Source: Tubulanus polymorphus (taxonomy: Eukaryota; Animalia; Nemertea). Taken from it: DNA of 64,000 nt. A program made the position numbers and the translations under genes. This document shows positions 36,403-48,069 of this stretch, in pieces (the first letter of the stretch is position 1; each line of letters starts with the position of its first letter). Where the stretch lies: assembly GCF_964204645.1 (NCBI RefSeq), contig NC_134029.1:9078850-9142849 (forward strand), read 5' to 3'. The notes under the pieces are model-generated. The model saw nothing but the letters and a program-made list of their open reading frames with translations, was not told the origin of the DNA and made no database searches.

Positions 36403-37109
36403 GACGTCTAGGGTGAGATCGAAACGTCATGTGGGCCTAGTTTATATTTTAGATTTTTTGAATAAATAAATTCTCGATCTTAAAAGTCTTTTAATTTGTA
36501 AATAGTTGGTTTTTATCTTATTATCCGTTGATCACCACGTTTCAGTGTGGTTATCGAACAATCTTCCAAGTATAATTACCGGCAAGTGACTGATTGGGGA
36601 TTTTTTCAAGGGGATCAGGCATGGAAATGCTGGAGCACCGATTAGGGAAACGAGCATTTCTGAAATTGCTTGATGTTCAAGTTAGTCTTAACTATATTGC
36701 TAAAACTAAGTGTTTATTTTTGATTATGGTCACTGTTTAACCCATCGGTGGTCTCATCTGGTACTTCACGTTCGATGATATCAATCCTCGAGACATCGAT
36801 CTCCTGAGCAACGCCTAAAACAACAACAGTGTCAGTGCATGAAATTAACTATATATCAATTGATTAAAAGCCATTAATATACATGGACAGAAAATCAAAC
36901 AAGGAGCCCTCAGCGCAGCGAGAGTTTGGGGGGTTGGGAAAGAATATCAAAGTTTCAAAGTTAACAAGTATACCATATAACCATGGTGCAGTAAGGTAAG
37001 TAAGAGTTAACTCTGATGGAAGCCGCCGGTTTTTGTCACCAAACATTCACCGTTGAGAAATCATTTGATGAGAAATATGCCGATACCGGGTACGTGAAAA
37101 ACGTCGGGT

Positions 37110-37400
37110 GCAAGGGGAAACCACGACGACCAGGGCGTTCAACCGAAACGGCTACGACAAGCCACATACTGCAATAAGCCAACAAAAAATACAGTATCGA
37201 ACAACATGTATATTCGATCGCATCGCTGAATCTAATTCCATCTAGTGCGGAAAGTTTAATTAGAACAGCGGAAACTCGGTTGGACGACGAACACATCATA
37301 AAATCGCTTTCGGTCAACGCTATGGCGAGGTCCACGTGCGAAAATATATCGTAAGTTCTAACTGGACATCACCAGCTAACTGGCCACTTCGATTCGGCAA
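37110..37400 (-). pseudogene. Rhodopsin-family (peptide-receptor-like) GPCR pseudogene fragment, TM2-TM3
   Basis: TIYFR/VDLAIAL (TM2-like, frameshifted), C..LYFLLAYCSMWLVVAVSVER (TM3), then a frameshift into FPLH. Confidence 0.55.
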
Positions 37401-40400
37401 CAAAGGGTCATACGTAAGACGGCTGCTGGAGTTGCCGTGTTGAGTTATCAACACCAGTACGCATGTGCTGTGAGTCAGGGGCGGATCTAGGGGCCACTGT
37501 TGAGTGTAGCACTCCTTAATAAAGGACATAATCCACGACGAACGAGATTGTCTGGGTGTCAATTTGGTGCACTTTTCGAGCAATAAATGAAGTCCTGATA
37601 ACAAAGTACTTTCTAGAAACTTCCCTGCATTTAGATGTAGTTTCCAGGCAATAAAGGTGAAATCCTAAAGAATCGTGCCTCTTTATTCGGCCTTTTCTAG
37701 TAAAGATGGGGCCTTTTCTACTTTTAGGATTGTTTAAGACGATAAATGCAAAATTTAAAAGGGCACGAAATTTCTGCGACGGAAGCTCAATGCATAAGTA
37801 ATTTATCAATCTTTAAAAATTTCATAATTCTTTATTGATTATTTTGCTTTGGATAAAAATGTCACCCAATGATAATCATTATTAGTAATTAGTAACTAGT
37901 AATTAGTCTTATGTTAAGCGCTATGATAATCTTATTGTATCGAGCTATACGGTATAAACAAATAAGTTATTATATGTTCATCAGTATTATGATGACAACC
38001 AAATTTTTACTACCGTATAATTTATCAACCTTCATTTGGTTGATAAGACAGTGGAGAGATATACAAAAATATTATGATGAAAATATTGTAATAAGAATAA
38101 AACAATAGAATAAACAATTACAACAGTTCATTTGTAGTGCTCATTGCGTGAAATTTTGAGTTACTCCACCCAAAGCTAAATACTGATAATTAAAAACTTA
38201 CTCCATTAACCAAACTTTTTCACCTAATGAGGCTCCTTTAGCCGTGCAAGCTCGTACGTCAAATAAACTCGTTAATCTATGAATTCCTATCCGTCTCGTT
38301 GCATTTATTCCAGTAATCAAAACACTGATGCATTTTACACTCGATATTGTTTTTCCTACGTAATTTCACATTTATGGCCGTGACTCCAAATGTGTGCTGT
38401 ATTATTTACCTGTGCAACCGCACTTGCCAAAGATCGCCACTGTGCGGGTGAGTTCGAATAATAAGTCCCTAAATGACACACTGACAACGAAATAGTATTT
38501 GAACTATGGATATGAACAATATATATTTTCAGTGAAGCATGCACAAATGTAACAATACTTTGCAGAATTTAGAAATTAAATGAAATTAGAAACCCAAAAA
38601 AATCAATTAAGATCAATATCGAACTTAAAGCGAAGTCTAAATTGAAGTCTGATTAACAGTTCAAAGTTAAATACATACGGTACGCACACAATTGTCGAAT
38701 AAAAATTAACGGTCCTCGTGAACGATACGATTGAATAATTCGTTGTCTCCAACGCGCGATAAAAAGTTATTAACTGCGGCAGAGTTTCCAGGCTCCACGC
38801 TCGCGAACAAACAGTCGGTTAACGCTCTAAACTGAAATCAAAGTTGATTCCGCGTCAAGTCTCAGCGATGTTGAATCTCAGTGAAGTTTTGCATTCAGTT
38901 GAATCTCGAAGTGAAGTTTTGCATTCAGATGAATCTCGAAGTGAAATTGCTCCTTCAAGCGAAATTAACGATTCATCAATTCTCGGACTGATAACCGCAG
39001 TACTTATAAAATCTTCACCTTTGCGTGACTACACAACGCACAAATATTTGTTAACTCTCATGTTGGTTAACAGTACGTAAAAAAAGTTATTCTTAACTTG
39101 TAGTTGCCATAACTATGAATTAAAATAAAGTTACATACAGCTGCGCAAACCAGTTCTTGTCAGCTAACTCGATCCAATCATAGATAATAAATATCTTCCA
39201 GTACTCCTTTAATTGATGTAGAGTTCTAGTTGAACATCTCAACAAAATAGTTTCAGTAATTTTAACTCTAATGATATAATAATTCCTACTTTCTGCAAGT
39301 AATTTTCGTTAAGATTTCGGGAAGCCTCTGGTTGAGGACCTTCCTCTCTGAAATCTTGCTAACAACTCCCAACTCCTGCCACACCCAGTACCTCCCTGGA
39401 GTTTAATCTCAGATCGCCAAATAAAAGTTCCTCTTTTCCAAAAAGTACTGATGCTACAGAAAACTTTACAAATGCAAAGACTGCAGACTTATATTAAAAA
39501 TATTCTGCAACACTGGAATATTGCACCAATATTCAAAATAGAAAGAAATTTAATATTTTGATAGAACAATTTTTGCAAACAACTTGATGTTACCCGTGTA
39601 GTAGAATTGATCTTCCAACTAAAGGTCAATGCGTGACTGGTGATACATATATGGCGCGTAGCGTGGTTTGCGCTAGGAAACATTACTATTACTAAATAAT
39701 ACGTATAAAAATGATGTAAATATACGTATAAAATTGCTAATCTAAAAATAAAGACACAAAGGACACGACTACAGGATGCTCAATAAACCCCCAAAATGAT
39801 TCTACTTTTGATTCAATACACGTTCACTTAGGTTGGCTACACCCGGAATAGTGGCGGATCCAGACGGGGGCGCCCCCGCCCCAATGTTTGCCGGCGAGTA
39901 AAGAATTTTTTATGGCCACATATTCGCTGGATATAGCCGCGAATCGTATATGCTTACGGAGGATTTGACTGAATGAACCTTCCGCGCTCGCTCTGGCGTC
40001 CTGTTGTTGCTTATTCATTAACCTGCTGATGCTCAGTTACAAACTTAAGTTTTTGCTATTATTATTGTTTTCTCTGATTTAGTTTTTGCTATTTTTATTC
40101 TATTGCTATTATTAATAATGCTATTATTAACTCGAAAGCGTTAGAATAATAAGAATTAAGATGTTTTCAATTGTGAGATCGTTTGTTATGAATCTGCTGT
40201 TCAATGTGATAGGTTTTCAAAATATTTTGGCTCCAAGAAGCAATTTCTCATTTTTCCGAATAAACAAAATCAGTGGTTATGTATATGCTATAAAGGGGAA
40301 CATTCCTTTTTTCATAACCAGTTTGCGTAAAATCTACGTATTCGTTGTTTGGTAATAAGACTTGGCATGTACACAGAAGAATGGAGTCTCTTGTGGTTTA

Positions 40401-41027
40401 TTTTGGTATCCATGGTCTATTCTTACCCGGCAGATTTCCGAAGTGCTGGGTGAAAGATATGTATTGGTTGGCATAGCTAGATAGAGGGACGTGTCGGGAA
40501 AGGGTTAGCCATTCTTCAGGATTCTGGGGGAAACTTTTCTCCTTGAGAATATGTAACTCTTGCTTGAATTTTTTTTGGGAGGATCAATCGGGAATTCTTT
40601 AGGCTGTCATTTGAGAAACCCATCAAAATTTAGGAGGGGTATTCTGGCTCCCTTTGGAATCTACCTTAACCCAGCCTTCCCTTTTTCAGCTAATAGCTCG
40701 AATGAAAACTCCATAAATTTCCAACCTGAGATGGGAATTCTGCTAATGCATATATTATTCACCTTGAAATAACTGCGTAAATACTTTCATGGCCGATTGG
40801 GATGGATTGAGTATGAGCTGACTTCGATTCCTAAACATCGTACAAAATGAAATATGATACTGCTTGGTAATTGCACGGAAGATCGATGCAAGGCAGATAC
40901 TGGATTTCAGAAATGCCGCAGGGCATAGAGAAAACATCAGAATATCAATGACCGTTTTTGATCATTATAGGACTGGAATTCGTTAGTTGAGTCACGTCGA
41001 TGAAACAATCCTCAGGTGATCAGTCGA

Positions 41028-44000
41028 ATGAAATACGTTTTGTCTATGGAATTGATGTTGTTCGGCATGGAACAGCGACTGAGAGCGCTGTTTACAGCGA
41101 CGCTGATCGTCTGTCATTTTTGCGTTGCACGTGCCGATCGCGCAGACTCTATCGAGGAATCGTTTATGACGATCAGTTCGTCTTGTAACAACACCTGGCA
41201 CCCCATCGATTCTCCGTCAGGCTACATCGTTTCACCGAATTATCCGTCGTTTACGCGCGGTGGTGAATGTCGTTGGTTCGTCAACAGTTCTTCGCCGGGA
41301 ACTTTCAACGTTCGGATATTTTACGAAATCGAGCCGTCGATATTCTGTCGCGATAACTACCTCAGCGTTCATGAATCGGGTAACACATACTGCGGTGTTG
41401 GGCAACATGAATTCCGTCGTAACGATTCGATCACGTTCACATATATGAGTTCTATCAATAGTGCGCGAGGTAGTCGGGTTTATATTATGTATCGTTTCGA
41501 ACGAAACCTATTGAAAATAAGTCACGACTGCGCAAGGTCTCAACTGAGAATTGGGCCGTTAGAAACAGTCACCGGGTACAAGTTCGCGATAACTCGTTTG
41601 ATGAAATGTCAGTTGTTTTTGGAATACGCCGGAATGCCGCCGGGATTTGGTATGAACTTGACCTTCGTCGACCTGGACTTTAAAATAGTACCCGGTTCTG
41701 AACGGGCCATATACGTGGAAATCCACGACGGATGGATCCAAATCAGTAATAAAAACCCTTTAGGAATTTTAAAAGAACAGACCGGGCATCCACCATTATC
41801 GTTTTATACAAGATCAAACCGGGCCGTCATAGCCGTGCGACACAATCAAATTAAGTTTCAGTCACTAGTGTTAGTACAATTGTACAAAATATCCGATTGG
41901 AACATCTCAAATCCACTGATTCAAAATTATCATAGCGGCTCGGGAGTGTTGATTCCTGATGAGAGAAGTGTACACATAATAACCAAATCAAGACACCTAC
42001 ACTGCTGGTCTATCACAGTGCAAGTGTTACAGTTCGTCGTCTTCAACTGGACACGTGATCTCAGCACATCCGGTAACGTCATAGGTGTTTATAAACTAGA
42101 AGGGTTGCGTGTTGTAGGAACTGATATTTTACTCGGTAACAACTACCTGGAATCACTTAGCGTAAAATCAGACGGCTTCCTTGTCATATTGTGTATTTTA
42201 ATAAAGACAGACCGTCTAAATTCTGATATTGCTATTCGTTTTAGAAGAAAGTCTTATTCGATGGAAGATCTACATTTGAAAAGACTTTATAAGGTAGGTT
42301 GGACTGGCTATAGAATTCCCACAGCTATGAGCTTAATCACGTGACCGACACTATATTGACAGCCGAATACAAAAATGATACATTTTCATAGGGAAACGAA
42401 TTTTATTTCTCTGATGATGAACATAAGTCAAAACTTCGAAACTGTCAGAATAAATCGTGTAAATCTCTCGTGTACGAATGTAGGACTAATCGCTCATGAT
42501 TCTACCCGTTCAAGTTGAATCTATTCATTGCACAGAAACGAAAAAGGATATACATAAAATCGCAGATCTGAGCAAGGTTTAATAACTAAAGAGTTACATT
42601 TCTTATTGTTCTTATAGATGCAGCAGATGAAATTGTTTTCACTTAACTCGTTATTTCCGACAAAAAAGACGCCCACATTAACCTATCGCGTGAATATAGT
42701 TCAATTTAGATGGAAAGTCGACATCTATGAAGACAATTTGAAATTAACGGTGATGTCAGAGAACTGCGAGCGAGCTGGATTTCATATATTTGATGGCAGT
42801 AATTTCACAGCTAGACGCTACGGTCCGTTTTGCCCGAACATATGGAGAAACGACCGTAACGTTGTCAGTCTGGTAACATCAGGGGGACCGATTATTATAG
42901 TGGGATACGCCTATGACTGGAAAGGTTCAATTATCGATAAAGCTAATACTCCGAGTTTGGTTTTCCGTCCGACTGACTGCGACGGATATATGTTGAAGGA
43001 GGGAGAACGCCAGGTCAATACGTCGTTAAATTGCCTTGTGATTACACATGAAAACCGACGCCTTCCATTTTCAAACATATTCGTGTTATCAGAACATGAA
43101 TATCAAATTGACCGGTGTTTCGAAGACGGTCTGTCGACATCGTGCGGATTCTACGTTAGTCTGAGCGTCAGTCGAATGCCCGATATTAGTCGCGTGATGA
43201 ACAATGTGAAAATACGTCGTGATTACTTTTTTTGGCAGATTCCGCTAATAGTCAAAATACGACGTCAATGTTACGGACTTAAGCCAGCAGAGACCGACAG
43301 CATCATGCAGTTACCTTACAGAGATAACTGTGGAATTTTACAGTCGCCGAACTATCCAGGATCGGGAGGAACATCTCCTTTATATCGATACAGATTTTCT
43401 CCGCTTTCCAGTTCGAATAGAATTCAATATTATAGAATTGCCGTAAAAGACATCGAAGCGCGGACTCCGTGTAAAAAGACGAAACGGCAGGACCGAGATC
43501 CAATTATCTTCAAACAAATCGTAATCTATGACACTCGAAATGGAAACATTCTCGCACGGAAAGAAGCCCAACACGAATACGTAATTTGTGAAAATAGGGC
43601 GCGACCTGGGACTGTATTTCACAGTCTAATGGTCGGCGCGCCTTGGTTTGAAGCCGAGAATAAAATACCTAAATTTCAGATTCAATACACTCTTGAAGAA
43701 GAGATGCTGTTGTTGCCAATCGCAAGTGATGAAGTTTGCAAATCGGGGTTTCTCGATGCGGGAACTTCGTGTATAAGATACATCAGGGACGAACGTCTGA
43801 ATTGGGAGAGTGCCGATGAATACTGCAGACACAACTATGGAGGGTATCTACTCAGCATAAACTCAGAACGGGAAATGATGTCTATTAAAAACGCATTCGC
43901 CAAGTCGAATACCCACCTGAAGGCATATTCGCATAAAGCAACCGTGGTAATGATTGGATTAAAATTGCAGGTAAGATAAACCAAACAAGTATTTAGAATT

Positions 44001-47000
44001 TAAACGCGAAGGTGTCCTGTAGAATCATGTGCGTGTACAACACACCCAATTCTAACCACAGCCCGCCAACTGATTCAGCTCTTCCGAGACTGTATCGATA
44101 GTGATAGTGGTAGAGTGATCGACTGGAGGCAAAGGTTTTTTAGGTCGAATCCCAATTTTCTTCCTGTGAGAGGAGGTATTTTATGTTAGAGGAAAACTCA
44201 TATCATATTTCAATATCAAATTGCATTGCCTGTGTAAAATAGGACACAACTGGATAACCTGGGATGGCCCGGTGCTATATTCAATTAAACTGCCGTAGTA
44301 GGTGCAATAGGGTTCATGAATTCATCAATTTTCTAAGCTCTGCTAATGCCAATGTTGTCAATACAACAATTTAAAAATTTAAGACATGGTATTCCGTTTA
44401 ATCCAATTTTTGTATGCAAGCGCTGAAAGTTTATAACAAAACACCTCAAAATCAGGTTTTTCTCTGTATTAACGTAATATCGTTATGAATATTCTAGCCT
44501 AAAACTGGGTATTACACGTGGACCGATGGAAAACCACTGAGCTACACAGAATGGTATACACCAACATCGCGAAACGAAACTATACCTGACGTCATTCAAG
44601 GATTGATATCTGCACAAAGGAAACAACCGATCAACGACGTCAATATGTTGTGTACGGCGATGATTTTGAATAACCCACGAGGATCGGCAAACTGGGTTCG
44701 ATTCCCATGTCTCATCGAGGAAGTTCACACGACATTCGTTTGTGAAACGGATAGACTCGACAATAGAACGTACAGAGACAATTCAACTAATAATCCATCA
44801 GATGAAAATAATTCTACAAACTATGAAACAGTCTTCGAACAAAATATTCTGAATTTCGATGTTATGACCAATGTGACGTGTATAGACGGCTGGTTAAGCG
44901 TCACTGGACAATGTTTTCAAGTATTAACAGACTGGAAAAATGACAGGAGCGTCGGAAATCATACTGCCAGGGAAATGTGTGGCAACATCGGTGGTGCAAT
45001 AGCAAGGATTTCGAAAGGTTGGGCTCGTGGTATAAAAAACATCGTTCAAACATTTCATTATGAACATCAGTATGGTGCTATATTAACCGGCGATGAAAAC
45101 TACGGCCTACAGATTGTCAGACCTCGTGTCACTAGAAATGAAATTACTTACGTTCAAACGGTTGAATGGATGATAACAGAGTTTGACGAAGTAAAAGATA
45201 CGCCTCATTCTGTGCTGTGTTCCTACGATGTAACTGGCGAAGAGTTAGCTTCTGTGAGCGGTTGTAAATCGTGGCAATTCGAATGTAACGATCAAAGGTG
45301 TATCAGCGACCATCGCGTATGCGATACCAGAAATGACTGTCAACACGGTGAAGATGAACTCAATTGTGAGGATATAAATTCACACAGTCAGTTCCAATGC
45401 AACAATGGTCAGTTGATATCCATAAGTGGTTTCTGCGATTTCGTACGGGATTGTGTTGATGGTTCTGATGAAAATTCCTGCATTCATCCCCTTTGTTTCG
45501 CCAGTCAATTTCGTTGTAAAAGTGGCCAATGCGTCGCAAGCTCGAACCGATGTGACGGAGTCGCCAATTGTGGAGATGGATCCGATGAAATTGGATGCAC
45601 TGCTCAGCTGTGTCATGGGTTCATGTGTAATAGTGGAGACTGTATCAGTTCTCATTTTGTTCAGGATGGCGTCGTGGATTGCACTGGAAGCCTTGAAGAA
45701 GACGAATTATTAACAGATACTGCAAGTATAGTGAATCTGCCGATCGAGTGCAATAACGAGAATCACTGTACGACTAATTTCACAAATCTCTGTACGGGAC
45801 CCGATGAACAGAGATGTTCTTTTTACTCTCCACATTGTTATCCAAGACGCCAGCGATGTATTCTAGAAAGGATGACGCTCGGTTATCCGGTATGTAGAAA
45901 CCTCGAACATCTTTTAGACTGTAACGACTTCGAATGTCCGGCTAATACAGTAAAATGTCCCGCATCTTACTGTATACCGACCAGACAGGTGTGCGATGGT
46001 CAATCGGATTGTCCGAATTCAGAAGATGAAAGAAACTGCAAAAACAGATCGTGTCCTGGAATGTTGAAATGTGGCCATGAAAATAGTTGTATTCCACAAT
46101 CGGACGTATGTGATGGTGTTGTTAATTGTAAACATACAACTGACGACGAGTCTTATTGCAACATTACTTGCCCTAGCCGCTGTAAATGTCAAGGCCATTA
46201 CATCAATTGCGATGGTGGTAGTTTAAAAGATATCAACCACCTTTTCTCGGCATCGACGCGAGTTTTGATTTTGTCACTTAACCAAATTCCTGTAAACGCG
46301 TTGACATTTTCTTCCTTCGTTTACCTTCGCGTTCTCGATATTTCGCGCAATAAATTGTCGTACATTTTGCCGAGATCGTTTTCGAACCTGCATAATCTAC
46401 GCACATTAGATCTAACATATAACCGCATAACATCATTATCTGCGAATACGTTTGTCGGGTTATACAGTCTTATAGAATTATTCATAACCGATAATCCGTT
46501 GAGTCATGTTGAGGAGGGTACCTTCGACGATTTGAGGTCGCTTAATTTTCTCGATTTGCATGGCCTTTCTTTACTCGTACTCGACAAAAATGTGTTTAGA
46601 GGTTTATCTGCATTGCATTCGTTGAATATCAGCAGTAACAGAATCAATTATATCGATCGATATGCTTTTTTCGGATTGACCAAACTTGGAACGATGGATC
46701 TTCGCAGAAATGCGCATTTCATTTTTGTAGAAAGAACAGTTTTTGAAAACCTAACATCATTAAATTTTTTAGCTTCTGATGCGTATAAATTTTGTTGCAT
46801 GGCCCCGACAATTGACCACTGCCTTCCCGAAGCTGATCAGTTTTCCTCATGTTCTGACCTGATGGGTAACACAGTTCTCAGAGCAATCATCTGGGTCATT
46901 GGCGCATTTAGCTTTTTTGCGAACAGTATTGTCATTTTATTTCGACTTCGATCAATTCTATTTTCATCTTCCAAAATGTCAAACAAATCTTCTGACATTC

Positions 47001-47761
47001 TTATAATTAATATTGCCACTGGTGATTTCCTGATGTCTGTTTATTTGTTTTTGATAGCCGGAGTAGACTATCATTTCAAAGGTACGTATTTTCTGAATTC
47101 TGAAACTTGGATGGGCAGTTCTTTGTGTAGTTTAGCGGGAGTCATGGTTACTGTGTCTTGTGAAGGCTCGTTGATATTTCTATCCATTCTAACGCGTCAC
47201 AGATACTCAAAAATTGTCGATCCATTTTCTGGAAACCCGATTCTATTTCCGAGATACGTGATCATCATTTGTTGTGTATGTTGGCTTATCTTGGGTAGCA
47301 TTTCTATAGTGCCACTGTCCCAACTATCCTATTTCGGAGACAACTTCTACGGTACTACTGGAGTTTGTTTACCTATGCATTTAATTTTCATCGATGTCAA
47401 TGCCTGGCAATATTCATTCGTCATATTCACGGTTTGCAACTCGGCCATACTTGCTACAATAATGGTGACTTATGCGCAAATGTACAGATTCGTATCTGGA
47501 AGCAGGTCCTGTTCGGGCAGAGTTAATCCGACAGAACTGATTTTGGCGCGAAGGAGTTTGGTAATAATTTTTTGTAATTTATTGTGTTGGTTACCGCTGA
47601 TTATCGTTCAAGTTTGTGTTGTATTTCTGGTAGAAATACCGAATCAGGTGGCGGCTTGGCTGGCGGTTCTTTTCTTACCGATCAACTCGTCCCTCAATCC
47701 CCTTCTTTACACTATACTCAATATTGATATGAAATCCATACGTGAGCGGAATAAACGTTGA
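41028..47761 (+). CDS. GRL101-like LDLa/LRR-containing GPCR with extra N-terminal CUB and C-type lectin domains (~1,960 aa)
   Basis: Exons 41028-42293, 42618-43970 and 44498-47761, all phase 0. Signal peptide MEQRLRALFTATLIVCHFCVARA; CUB (GYIVSPNYP..CRWFV); further CUB-like segments; 2 CTLD-like domains; ~7 LDLa repeats; LRR array; hinge DQFSSCSDL; 7TM with NPLLY. Choice of start Met is uncertain. Confidence 0.9.
42402..42454 (+). ncRNA. Hammerhead ribozyme-like motif in intron 1 of the GPCR, sense strand
   Basis: UUUAUUUCU-CUGAUGA-U-GAA..UUC-GAAACUGUC-AGAAUAAA; 8-bp stem I with one bulge, weak 3-bp stem II. Confidence 0.55.
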
Positions 47762-48022
47762 AGATGCCATTAGATTCCCGGATAGAATATCCCATCAGAA
47801 GTCCATCCTTAGAATATCAACTTTGTTTTGTTTTAACGTATCAATGTTCAAAAGTCCCATACAATAACAATGTACACTTTTCAGCACCGTTAGGTTCGTT
47901 CTAGATCTTATTACAGCACAATCAAAATAATGAAAACGATCAACGTCCGACGTGTAACGATAATAGAATCCCAGGATGAAAACAAAGAAAAGAAATTTTG
48001 AAATGCTCACTTGATCTAACGG

Positions 48023-48069
48023 TTTATTTCAAAGTTTCAACTGTATCCTACAAGTCATCTCCAGGAATA
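48023..48069 (-). ncRNA. Degenerate hammerhead motif related to 23427-23472
   Basis: Minus strand uauuc-CUGGAGA-ugacuuguaggauacaguu-GAAACUUU-gaaaua; core mutated. Confidence 0.4.
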
